NCBI RefSeq assembly: GCF_026210795.1
Contig: NC_089431.1
Coordinates: 558,001 to 622,000, forward strand
Reading direction: 5' to 3'
DNA: 64,000 nucleotides
Origin: Rhizophagus irregularis
Lineage: Eukaryota
Shown here: one piece after another, positions 28,668 through 42,351 of the stretch
How the letters are laid out: each line of letters opens with the position of its first letter
Numbering within the stretch: the first letter of the stretch is position 1
Made by a program: the position numbers and the translations under genes
The notes under the pieces: model-generated
What the model was told of the DNA's origin: nothing
Databases searched by the model: none
What the model saw: only the letters and a program-made list of their open reading frames with translations

Positions 28668-31611
28668 TATTGGAAAACGCTAATAGAATTAAAAAATTTT
28701 TTTTTTAAAAAAAAAAGAAAGTAGAATTAGAATATTAGTCATAATCACGCTATATATACAATTGTTTATGCGTAGCTGCGTAGTACAATTATTTTGATCG
28801 GCATTATTATAAAATTTTAATCACTAGCTTATTCACATAATTTTCTTTTTCATATATAGTTTTATTTACAACTTACTGAGATCATTATTAATTATTAATT
28901 CTGTAATATATAAATTAACAAGCATTACAACGTATTTTATCAAGATTCAAAGTGTGATTAAAATCTTGAAAATTTAATTTTTAACCCTTTAAATTGTAAA
29001 TAGAATTGCAATTAAAAGAAATGACGCGTATAATTTAAACCCTATACCAAAATCTTTCTTTAGTTTTTATGATTAACGTTAAATAAATACCCATAACAAT
29101 AAAAAAATAAAACATAATAATATTACGTAGCCTTGGAATAATTAAAATTCATTGATATTTTTTTTCTTTATCTCAATATTCTTTATTATTATTATATTTC
29201 GCCTGTTATGAGAAATAAATAAAAAATGACAATAAATATTAGCAAATTTTAACGCAGTTTTTAAAATAAGCTGAAGTTTAATATTGTTGATGTTGATCAG
29301 CAAGATTCGGCCAAAGTTTATCCAAAGCAGAATTAAATCTACAATGGTCACATGAAAGTGGATCGATCTCTCTTATATACCTAAACAGTTGAAAAGCTGT
29401 ATTTACGCCATTGGGCGGATTAACTTACTATGATAGCATACCTCACTTGGTTTTACGTTGTATATGACAAGAGCTGCTGAGATTTACTGGACAACATATG
29501 GGTAATGGCTTTACTAACAGGATCCCATAAAATTTGTGGGCAGCTAGTTATTTAAATATACATGTTGCCTGTTGAAGACTTGAAGGCCATAGCATCGATA
29601 TTCTTTTTTCTTTATTAGAGAAATTTTTAATAATATTACAACTACTATAAAATTATATTGATTTATCATTTGTTATCCTTAGCATAAATATGCTTCTTTT
29701 ATCATAATCTTATTGATAGATTACATTTTAAAAAATTGCAGTACAATAAAAACATTTTTCTTGCCAAATATTTGGATTACCGATCCAAAATTACCTGGAC
29801 ATAGTGAGGGTTCATTATATTAAGTTCTGGTTGTATACAATCAAATGTATTATATCATCATGTTATCATCTTAAGGCAATTTTATTGACAAAATATATAA
29901 ATATGGACCAGAGATCGATTATTGTATTAGACCTACATGTAAAAATATACTTTACATACATACATGATAAGAAAGAGATAGCCAAAAAATAAATAGGAAT
30001 AGAAAATCAGACATTCTACAATAAGATGACAATACGGGCAAAGGTGTAAACCTGAGTTAAACTCTGTTAGTATAACATATGGCCTTTGAAGAGAAAGGAA
30101 TGATCATGAAGTCTAAGAAACTCTTAAGCTTTAGCTTTACAAAGAAGCATCTTAAAAGACAACTAAAATAATAAGTAAATAATCTTGAACGAAATTGAAT
30201 GTGAAAATATTTACCACTTTTCGTATTACAGTTTTATTCAAATAGATAATGTACTACGGTCATTTGTTTATTAATTGGATCCGTTTTAACATTCTAAACT
30301 ATGATGTGTGTAATATTACATCAAAAATTTTCTCATTTATTTATTTCATTTTTGAAGGATTATCAATATCAAATTTAATATAAAATGACTTTTCTTTTAA
30401 ATTTAACTATTGAAGTAAAAACTCACTGTTTAAAACTGACATTAAAAATTTTAAATGTAATTAATAAAAAAGTATCAAAATAAATTCATCGATTATTTAA
30501 ACCTCTTTAGGACAAATCAACCAAAACCATTTCTTATATGCACAATAATTAATATGATTTTTACACTATAATAAAATGAAATTTAAATAAGAATTTACGT
30601 AACGAATTGTATTACAGTTTTATTTAAATAGTAACGTTTATATAAAATTAACAATCAGCAAATATTCTTATCATGTTTGTAGTAGTTTCAGTCTGGCTGT
30701 TCGTGATGAACAACGTAATTACTTTACTTCCGTCAGTAAACTGGTTAATTAATAATCAATTAAGTTTGACGCCAGAGAATTTTAGACTGAATTTCGGTTA
30801 ATTTGTTATTTTTGTCCTTTAAGATTGTGAATATATATTTTATTAAACTTATTGTATTAGATGAAACAAAAAAAAAAGAATTATATGATAAATGAGCCAA
30901 TAATTCCTGGGTGAGTACTACTACAGAAACAATTGCAGTTGCTGTTCCACGAAAGAAATAACGCGATTTTTTTTTTACCTCACCTCTGAAATAATTTGGA
31001 CGGGCCAATTAAATTCTTAGGTATCGTCTTAAAAGAAAAAAAATTATTTTAAATTTATTCAAGATAAAAAAAAACTAGTAATAATAAATGTAAAAATAAA
31101 ATCGGTTTTAATAATAACCGATATAAAAATCATTTTCTTATTTGCAATGCTTAATAGATCTTCCATCTAACTCAAACAATTTTTTTTTTAATCATGATGT
31201 CAGAATGCTATTTGTCAAGCATTTTGCTTTCTAACGTTTGTAATCAAAGTTGAACGCCTCTTTTTAACACAAAACCCTCTCAATAAATAATGTATTCTTA
31301 ATATATTTTTTAATATATACTGTATATATATATTTTTTGCATATTTGACAACCATAATAATTTCCATTAAGATATAATAATAAAGTAAATAAAAATATAA
31401 ACTAAGTTAATAAAAATTTCCAAAGCACTAACTTTAAATTTATTAATAACATTCTGGATATTATCGAAAAAACCTACTAATAAGATACATAATTCAAATT
31501 GTCTACACAAATAATTTCATTGAAATATATTATTAAAACAATTAAATAAAATTAGACGAGAGAACTATCAATAAAATAATAAATCACTAATAAATTATTT
31601 TACCTTATTCA

Positions 31612-33405
31612 CTAAATTTTACAATCAAAACATTCTGAAACTATAAATTAAATAAATTAAATAATAATATAATGTTAAAATAAAATATAAATTTATAATA
31701 ACAAAAAATATTAATGATTATACTTACTTAGATTTGTTGATACTGATGGGACATCATCTATTATTAAAAAAAAATTGGATATTGTTAAAACTTGAATAAG
31801 ATTTTTTCATAATTAAATTGAAGATTTTACCTGAATTAACTTGAAATGATGATAAATCTGATGAATTTACTGGTTCTGGAAGATTTTTGAAACTTAAAAG
31901 TCTACTGGTATAGATTGCTTGAGGATGAGTTTTAATACTTTCAGATTTATTTTCATTTGATCTGTTTTTCAATTTTTTTTCTCTAATTTTATTATTATAT
32001 TCCCACATTTGAGAATAAATTTCACCATTGAATTTCATATATTCTTCATGCCATTTTGCTAAAATTTGATACAATTCTTTAGCAGATGGTCTATTTTCTG
32101 CTTTAGCATCCCAACATTTCATAATTAAATCTACAAAAAATTTTGGAATATCTTCAGAAATTTTTGGTCTAAGTCCTTTACATATTTTAATAGCTAAAAT
32201 ATGATCATGAGAAATATCATTAAAAGGAATTTCTTCAGAAAGGTACTCATTCATAATTATTCCAAATGAATAAATATCAGCAGCTTTTGTATATTGATAT
32301 CCACGTAAAATTTCTGGTGCCATATAAGGTAATACTCCATAAACTCCTTCTTTTTTATCTTTATTATTTGCTGGTTGACACATTCCTAAATCACTTATAT
32401 ACATTGTCCCACCTTCCAATATATTACCCGAATGAAAGTCTTTATGGACTTTTCCAGCATTATGAATATTTAACAGTCCATTTGCAATTAATGATAATCT
32501 AAGAAGTTTCATATCATCGTATATATTTAAATAGAAATTTCTTAAATTTCCATTTTTACAATAATGTAAAACCATCATATAATCTTTTGTATTTGGATCT
32601 TGAGTTATTCCATAGCAGAACACAATATTCCGAATATAAATCTGAAGATAAGATTTGATCTAATAATTAAAATTTTTTTTAAAAAATAAATTTAATAAAA
32701 ATTATAATGTCAATAATGCCAATTTAAATATAACATGATAAATTAATTTTTTTGTTTAGTTACCTCATTTAAAAAATCAGTATTAATTTCAGAAGAATTA
32801 TCCAAACTTTTTAATGCAACTTTATGAATTGTGGCTCTTTTCCATTTTTGATTTTCAATATCCCAATACAAAATACATCCTTCAGGCCATTCAGCTGAAT
32901 AAATTTTACCAAAGCCTCCTCTGGTAATATAATTTACATTTTGAAATTTTTCATAAGGTATCCATTCAAGACATTTTGTATATATTACAGCATTAAGTTG
33001 TGAATGTTGTATTAATTCATCAATATCTTTATTTCCACTAGTCCAATTTTTAAAATTTTCTTCAAATCTTTTTGCATTACAAGATTGACACCAATTTTCT
33101 CCTGTGCCAGGTTCATTACATTCTCCACATATACTATATACTTTTTTTCTTTTTTCTATATCGTCCATGTAAATTACACTATCATCAATATCTTCTGATT
33201 TAGTGGCAGAATTAATAGAAGAAACAGTTACATGAGTCTAAATAAACGATTAAAATATATTTTATTTATTATTTAAATCATATTATTTATACAGCAATAA
33301 ATTATAAAGTGAAATCGCATTTACCTGATATTCATCAAAATCAACTTCTTTCCATAAATTTCTTGGTTTAGGCTTTTTTTTGAATATTTTTTTTAATGAT
33401 TTCAT
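31612..33405 (-). CDS. Tyrosine-kinase-like (TKL) protein kinase, Glomeromycota-expanded family (copy A)
   Basis: Five coding exons from ATG 33405 (MKSLKKIF) to TAG 31614-31612. CxxC..WCxxC pre-domain, NWTSGNKDIDELI, GGFGKIY, VALKSL, HKDFHSGNIL, ISDLG, GVLPYMAPE, DIYSFG. Confidence 0.9.
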
Positions 33406-36099
33406 ACTTATCAATTGTGATAACTACAGTAATTTTAACTATATGTGTAGTACTTTATAATAAATGAAAATCATTAAAACAAATTTAATGAACGCAAAGT
33501 TATTTATAGAGTTCAATGTATACAAAAATATGCACAACATGTCACATCTGAGGCTACAATCCATACCAATCAGGTTCAACAATTTTTGTCAGCCGCTTTG
33601 AAACATTGTGAAACCATTTAGATAAATAAATAAGGAATCGTCAAAATTTTGTATCACATGATGGCCAAATTTTATATTGAATACGAGTAAGATTTTTTTT
33701 TACTAAATTATACATTTTACAAAATTAAAGAATATTATATCTTTAATTACATAAATTTAGAAGATAATAATAATAGTATTCAATATTAAAAAATTAATGT
33801 GTATCAATATTCATAATCATAAAAATAATTTTTTGTTGTCGATACACTTTCAGTTGTGACATGTACGATGACAAAATTAGTTTTCATTCACAAATCTGAA
33901 CAAATTTTTTTTTAAATTTATATAATTGACCAATAAAAAATGTATTTTAAAATATCATGTGATAAACAGGATTTGCTTTTCTATTAGGGCGCAGTCAAAA
34001 AATCGCATGATTGTTTAATTCCTAATATAATAGAAAATGCAACTTTATTAAATATTCAAATTGATTTTCTCACGCTAAAAATTCCAGAATTTTTAAAATT
34101 TTTTGAATTTAGAAATTAAAACCCCGGGCGGTTGAGTCAAAAAAGGTATGAAAACCAATTTTATAACTTTTGTGTCGTTAAAATGGCTTTATAATTAAAA
34201 AAAAATTGTATTTAAACATTATAATTTTCTTATTAATTATTTTATATTTTTTTTTTCTAAAAATAAAGTTGTCAAATTATTGTGGATACAATCTTAATAT
34301 CTATTTCGCGAAAAAAAAGTTCATGAAATTTTTGTTTTCGAAAAAAAAAGGTTTTGTTAAAAAAAAAATTAAAATTTTTATTTAATAAACTTTAATTTAG
34401 AAAATGATAAACGTAAAAATAAATATAAATTGAATCGATTTTAAGAAAATAATTAACTTTTGAATTTATTTTTTAATTTAACCACAAAAAATTTTGAATG
34501 GAGGAAACCATGTTGCAGATATTGATGTTATTGATCATAATTTAGAAAGTGACTCTACCAAAGGAAAATTATTGCCAAAAGTTTTCTAGATGTATGTGTA
34601 TTTCATTAATACGGTACGAAAATATCATACTTATATCAACACTTTTTTATATTTACTATGTTTATTTAAACTTTGTACAATTACAAAGATTCAACAATAA
34701 TATGTTAATGACAATATTTATTTTCTGCGGAGTGCATACTTATAATAAGCATTTTTCACCATTTATATTCTTTTAATAATATAGCTTGACAGTAAGTACC
34801 CCGATCGATCATCACGTATTTTATCTCCAACATATTTATTAAGGGATGAGTGATTATAACTTATAGACATTATCACCCTGTTTAATAAGAAAATTAGATA
34901 TGAAAATAATACCAAATCTTGATAAAATAATTAAATCAATTTAAAATATACCAATAGTTTATATTTTAAGGATCCAATGGTAAAATTGGTATGGATAATC
35001 AAGATATTTATATAGGATTTCATAATAATGAAGTAGAGATGGCGTATTAGGATTTTGGGCTAAAAATAACTGATGGTATTTTACTTACTTATAACATGTT
35101 GTTCATCCACAACTTTTTATATATGAAAATTTTATTTTAATTAATATTTATTTGGAAATATTAATAAATAGACGTTAATTATCAAATAAATAAAGTATAC
35201 TATCAATAATGTTTGTATAGTGATGTAGAAATAGTATGGAAAAGATGATCCGTTCGTTTCATAATTATAAAGAATCGAAAAGCTTAAAATGTAGCAAGTC
35301 TTACTATTTTATCAGCGTTATTGGTAAATGTATTGTATATTTATTCACATGATATGAAACAAGCTTAATCATTTTTTGTTAGCTAATAATTTGTTGAATT
35401 TTCAATGATATTTGAATTTTTTTTTCGGTTACAAAAATTCTTAACTGAATCGAACTTCGGTCAATTATATTCTATTAAACTTATTGTATTTAATTTACTG
35501 AAGTGATTACTGCGGATACGATTGCAGTTTCTGTTACATGAAAAAAAAATATACAATATTTTTTAACCCACCTCAAAAATAATTTTAGATGGGTAATTAA
35601 AGTCCTAAATAACTTCTTATAAAGAAATAAAATTTTTTAAAATTTTATTCAAACTAATAATAAATATAACAATAATCATTTTTAAATATAAAGATAATAA
35701 CAAATTTAAAATTATTTCTTTGTATACAACCAATTTTAAGTTTTTCAATAGACAAGCTAACCTAAAGATTTTCTATCATAATATTTTTATCATGATATCA
35801 GAATGATATCTGCCAAGCATTTCGCTTTTTAACGTTTGTAACCAAAGTTGAGCATCTCTTTTTTAATGCAAAACTCTCCCATTAAATAATATATTTTTAA
35901 TATAAACATATTTTTTGCTTATTGAATCTGTCATAAAAATTTACACCAAGATATAATATTATATTATTTTTTAAATTTATTAATATTCTAACTATTCTTG
36001 AAAAAACCTAGACTCAACAAAAAAATTAAATGAAATTAGACGAATTAGACGAGAAAACTATTAATAAAATAATGAATCACTCCAAATAAATCATTTTAC

Positions 36100-37050
36100 C
36101 TGATTCGCTAAATTGAACGTCAAAGCATTCTGAAACTATAAATTAAATAACAAAATAATATTGAAATAAAATATAAATTCATAATTACAAAAATTATTAA
36201 TGATTATACTTACTTAGATTTATTTATACTGATGGGCATCATCTATTATTAAAAAAAAAAATTTGAACTTTGAATAAGATTTTTTCATAACTAGTAATTA
36301 AAATTGAAAGATTTACGATAATTCTGAAGAATTTACTGGTTCTGAAAGATTTTTGTAATTTAAAAGTCTAACTGGTATAAATTGCTCGAGGATGAATGAA
36401 TTTTAATACTTACAGACTTATTTTTCATTTTCTATCGCTAGTCGAAATAGGACCATTCGTCCATTCGACTTAAATTTGACTAGGTCAATTATAAAATGTT
36501 GATCTGAAGATATTCGCCAGATTACATTAGTACTCAACTATTATTTTTACAAATTTTAAGACAAATTATGGGCTATTGGTAGTCAATTTTTTACTGATGT
36601 GTTTCTGAATTTATAATTTTATTAGATATTTATATTATTACACAAATTATACAATCTATTTAATTGTCTAATGTAAAGATTAATCTAAAATTCACCTAAA
36701 AATTGTTCTAATTTATCAAAATTAATAACAAATCTACCTTTCAGAACCCAGAATCATTTTAAATTCATTTTTTTTATCTAATAAAAAAGTAAACATCACT
36801 ATAAGTTCATCCTGACATACATAACTCATCATGGACTACTTTATCATCAATCTCTTCTGATTTTGATGGATGAATCAATAGAAGAAATTGTAACATGTTT
36901 CTAAATAAGTAATTTAATATATTTATTATTTAAGTCATATTATTTATAATAAATTATAAGGTGAAATTGCATTTACCTGATATTCATTCCAATTAACAAC
37001 TTTCCATAAATTTGCTTTTTCTTTGGATGTTTTATTCAAAAATTTCCATA
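36100..37050 (-). pseudogene. TKL kinase pseudogene (copy C) retaining only the first and last exons
   Basis: 36800-37050 matches exon 1 and the start of exon 2 of copies A/B, with an early TAA. 36100-36430 matches their 3' exons (HPRAIYTS*LL, SECFD). The kinase core is missing, replaced by about 370 bp of unrelated sequence. Confidence 0.8.
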
Positions 37051-38341
37051 TTAGTATTTCTTAACTTTCTTTTGAATATACAGCATTTATTACGAAACAA
37101 ATGTGTTAACTACAGTAATTTTAGTTATATGTGTTATTAAAACAAATATGTTGTAAAGTTATTTTTCAGATACTGCGACATGTATCGAAGCTACCAATCA
37201 GAATCAATTTTGTCAGATGCTTGTCATCATCTAATCAAAATGTGAAACCAAAAATAAGGAATCGTAAATTTTGTATTACAAATTTTCATATTTATTAAAT
37301 TACACATTTTGAAAATTGAAGAATATATGGCAACTGGTATTAAATTTTTAATTACATAAATTTTTATTAGTAGGTAATAGTACAATATTCCATAATAAAA
37401 AATTATTAAGTGTACAAATATTTATAATTATTAAATTAATTTGTAACGGTTTTAATTTTATACATTAATTTAAAAAAAACAATAAAATAATTAATAATAA
37501 ATATAAAATCGTCAGAATATCGCGGATACAATTGTTATAGCTATTTCACAAAAAAAGTTCCCGATTTTTTTTTTAAAAAAAAAAGTCTAAAAAATTTGCG
37601 GAGTAGATGAGTAGTAGATGTTTTGTAAAAAAAAAGAGACTTTTCATTTAATACTTTAATTTAGAAATTATTGAGTCGATTTAAGAAAATAATAATTAGA
37701 TTATAAAGTTTTAAAAAAATTAGCACAGTTAACAAATCTTTTCGCAAATTAAATATTCGTGCGTTAGAAAAGTATATTGGTGTTATTTTAACACTTCATA
37801 GTTTATATTGCTTTAGCATATTATTGTTGAATCTTTGTAATCTATGTTCGTGTAAAGTTTAAATAAAATAGTAAAATATAATGTATATTTATATTAATGA
37901 CAAAATTTATTCTTCTGCGTAACATACTTTGTACTATACCCATTTTTTACCATTTATGTAATGAAAACTCTATGGGAAATGAATATTATAATGTCAATCT
38001 TGTCTGACATTTCTCTTTTGGATATCTCAGATTCTTTATTCAATAATTTCTATATTAACAAAAATTCGTGTGTAACGGAGAGTTTTAGATTATCCTGTAT
38101 AAATAATTTTGAATTGCGCAACGTGTGATTCGCCTGCGCCTGATCTATATAATTATTATGGTTTAAATAATTTGATTGCTTCCGGGTCATGTGTACGTTC
38201 CAATGGCCAATTACCATTGCTAATCAGTTCCGGATAATGATATTTTTTTTTATTTGCTAATTAACAAAAAAAAGCTTTTAATTTATTTTTTAGTAACACG
38301 CACTTCTTTATTAAAATATATATACAATAAAATATAACCTA

Positions 38342-39041
38342 TCTATTAATAATTCCATAATCAGTCAACATTTTTAGGATGATGCGATCGGCCGACAGCA
38401 AATAGTTATCCGAACGTTGATTTTAAAATATTTTTTTCGGTCTCTTTTTTACCGGATCACTTTTTTTTTAATAGTATTTTTTTTTTTTGGTCATTTTTAG
38501 ACTGGATCTTTTTTGATAATAATATTTTTTTCGATCTCTTTTTTTTTCTAAGCCAGATTTTTTTTCAAATAACAATATTTTTTTCGGCCTTTTTTTCTTA
38601 GACCGGATCTTTTTTTTTTAATATTACAGTTTTTTAAAACCGAGATTTTTAATAATTTTTCTTTCCAATTTTTTTTAAAAAACTGAATTTTTAAATACTT
38701 TTCATCCTGGTTTTTTTCTCTGTCTTTTAGGCTCAGATCTGATCAGTGATCGGATTGATCAGATTGATGCTGCGGTCCTACGGTAAAGCGTGATTTTTTA
38801 TTTTAATAATTTTTTCTTATTATTTACAATATAATCAAAATAAAATATTTTTTTTTATTGAATAAATATGCTTTATATGATTTTAATTAGGATAAGTATA
38901 TTTTTTTTTTACCTAAAAATAAAAAAAAACGTGTTAATATTATATAAGATTTAATTTATCTAAATATAAAACAAAAATTTTATTGTTATATATTGATTTT
39001 AACTCATTTAATCCTGTTGCAGCGCAACAGGCTACAGCTAG
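38342..39041 (+). mobile_element. Non-autonomous Helitron (about 700 bp)
   Basis: 3' hairpin CCTGTTGC-AGC-GCAACAGG (39013-39031) followed by CTAG (39038-39041) and a host T. 5' A|TC candidate at 38342 (alternative at 38144). Internal CCGGATC-polyT repeats. Confidence 0.72.
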
Positions 39042-40171
39042 TATATATCTAAAATAATTAATTTCATCCGTTCATTTTCGTAATTACAAAGAATTGTAAA
39101 GTTTTTAAGTGCAACAAAACATACTACTGTACTATTTACCTAAAAAATGTACTGATTGATCCGATCTAAACTTGTTTAGGATTAGAGTAGTGTGTATTTT
39201 AATTGACTCAAAATACATTGATCAATGATTTGATCGAGTAAAACTCACAAAATTCGATTACGTTTAATTGATTGTATATAATTGATCATGTGATTAATCT
39301 ACTGCAAAAGGTTGTTTGATCAATCATTGATCAAGGCATATTTTTATCAAAATTTTAAAAATTATTGGAATTTTATGTTTTTAAACAAAAGAAGCTCATT
39401 AACTGTTTCATTTTTTTTTCTGCATTTATATTTTTTAATAATTAAAAATATTTTATAAAAAATAAATATTAATTTATTTATTAAAAGTAATTTAAGTAAC
39501 GAAACCAGATGGATATGGATGCATATAGTAGTACATTGGATTTTCTTTAAATAATCGTTTAAAAAAAAAAAATTCAAGTTATTTTCTCAAGTGACACATA
39601 ATTGCAGCACGTCTTAAAGTGGAAACTATTCATTGCATATCAGAAGTACCAATAATTTCTTTACATTTTAATTCTTTGATTTATAATTATTTATTATATG
39701 GAATAATATTGAAGCATAAAGGATCATTGTTCCACGAATTGATCTTGCTTTGTCTAAAATATAAATAAATCATTCATATCTAACATAATACCCTGTTATT
39801 CATGTGAATGGAAATAACGTTAATATTGGTAATGTTAACAAAAAAAACCCCATTATATCTACTATATCAAGGTAAGTATTGCTGTAAATAATATATAATA
39901 TGAAACGAGCTTAATCATTTTTTTAGTTAAGGTCTCGACAGTTAGCATTGAATGTTCAGAAATTTTTTTTTTCACAATTGTGTGAAGAAAATATTCTATC
40001 AAAATAGATGTTAAAATTCTAAAGTGCATTTCATTTTATATGTATAACATCGTTAATTACCATAATGAAAGAATTCCTTACTAGTTATATAATAAGTAAA
40101 TTAATCTTCTCATTTGGAAAGTGGATTTTTAATGAGATTCTTTAATATAACAGTAACTTGAATAAATTATA

Positions 40172-40777
40172 GCCGTTTGAAATTGTGTAGTTAGGCGTCG
40201 ATCATAATATCATGGGAAATTCACAAGATTTCCCAGATTTCCCTCTTTTTTCAAACTTATCATTGAATAAACTTCGTAATATTAAAGATTTCCCAGATTC
40301 CCTGATAAATATTATTGCTATATCACTACCAAAAACCATAAATAAAGTTAAAAATAAATTCTACAGCTAAATTTTGATCATTTTAAATGAAATTTAACGG
40401 CTTTTATAAACAAAATATTTAGTATGCCTCCAGTTTATAGTGAGGATTTAAAAACAACGTATAATATATCTTCGACATGATTTGGTGGCTTAGTTATTAT
40501 ACATTTACATTTTTTTTGTTGTAAGTCAATTCCACAGTATAAACACATTCGGCACCCAAAGCAGGTTCCTTGTTTACTTAAGTTTAGTATATTGTGTATC
40601 AGCCATTATTTTTTTTATAATTTGGATATAATTTAAGAAATTTGAGTTTGATTTTATTTGGCTTATAAAGTTTAATTTTGAGCTAAATTTAGTTAATGAT
40701 CTTGATTTTTTGATTTCCCGATTTCCTTTATACATAAATGTGATAAAAACCACTGACTACACCTTTTTGCAAACGGC
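40172..40777. mobile_element. MITE with GCCGTTTG terminal inverted repeats
   Basis: Left end GCCGTTTGAAATTGTGTAGT, right end ACTACACCTTTTTGCAAACGGC, flanked by TATA on both sides (TA or TATA TSD). Non-coding. Confidence 0.6.
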
Positions 40778-41648
40778 TATAAAGGGATATGATGCATTTA
40801 TTATGTCCTGTAATTATATTTAATGTTGTCATAATAAAAATTAAAAATTTGTTTACTTTTATAGATACTGCATAACATCTATGTAATTTAATAGGACAAG
40901 CGTAATTCCAATTTCATTTCAGATTCTTTTATAAAGTACCTTACATTCAGTTCTTTGGTATAATAGATTCATTTCTTTTAATAATAAAAATGCGATATTA
41001 AACCCCATTTTAAAATTATAATATCATGAAATAGCTTACCATGTTTCCATATATTGATTTCGATAAATGTAATAACAAACTTTAACATCATATAAAATGA
41101 TTAAATGGTTATTACAATATATATTTCATAATTATTAAGCAATTTTTAAAATACTGTATTGCACTTTATTTCAACTGAAGTTGTAAGATTGAATTTATAT
41201 TTAAAAATATTTTTTTATTTTGTACTCATTATGTGTCTATAATAAACAGCTTTTTTTTCCATTTCAATCAATTGAAAATAAATTTTTTTTATAAAATTAA
41301 ATAGTAACGTTTATATTAAATTAACTATCAGCAAACATTCTTGTATTGCTTGTAGTTAGTTTTAGTCTGGCAGTTCGTGAATAACGTAATCACTTCACTT
41401 CCATCAATAAACTACTGGTTAATAATCAATTAAATTTAGTGCCAGAGAATTTTAGAAGATAAAGTTTCTTAAATTCTTAACTGAACCAAATTCGGTCAAT
41501 TTATTATTTTGTCCTTTAAGATTGTGAATATAGAGTATAATGAGTATATTCTACTAAACTTATTGTATTAGAATGAATAATAAAACAAAAAAAAAAATTA
41601 TATGATAAATGAGCCAATAATTTCTGGCAGAAACAATTGCAGTTGCTG

Positions 41649-41896
41649 AATCAGGAATTTTTTCCGTTTAAAATCCACATGGAAATCCACATCAAATACT
41701 GTGGAAATATGTGGAAATCTAAATAGTTCCAGTATTTTCCGAATACCCTGTGACGAAACACGTGGTATTTTCGGCATAAGTCCACGAAATTCGGTATGGA
41801 TCCATGTAGGATATTGGAAATGTGTGAAATTCCACGTATTTCTGAGCAAACCCACGTGGAATTACATGGACCGACCCACCTAAAAACTTCCTGATG
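41649..41896. mobile_element. 248-bp MITE with (C)ATCAGGAA TIRs, CMC/CACTA-like
   Basis: Ends AATCAGGAATTTTT and AAAAACTTCCTGATG. It is absent from the paralogous empty site at about 30941-30950 (GCTGTTCCAC), which implies a TG duplication. Internal TCCAC/GTGGA subterminal motifs. Confidence 0.85.
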
Positions 41897-42351
41897 TGTT
41901 TCACAAGAGACAATAACCCGATTTTTTTTTTGACCTCACTTCTGAAATAATTTAGACAGGTCAATTAAATTCTTACTAGGTAACTTCTTAAAAGAAAAAA
42001 ATTATTTTAAATTTATTCAGATAAAAAAAAAATAACCCTCTCAATAAATAATATGATATTTTTAATGTATTTTTTAATATATATATATATTTTTGCATAT
42101 TTGACCAACCATAATAATTTCTACTAAGATATACTAATAATAAAGTAAATAAAATATAAACTAAGTTAATAAAAATTTTTAAAGTATTAAACTCTAAATT
42201 TATTTCTGACTATTACTGGAAAAACCTACTATAATTTAAGACTCATTGTTTAAATTATCTATTTAATTGTGATCTATTATTAAAACAATTAAAAAAAATT
42301 ATTATCAGTAAAATAATAAATAACTTTAAATAAATTATTTTACCTGATTCA

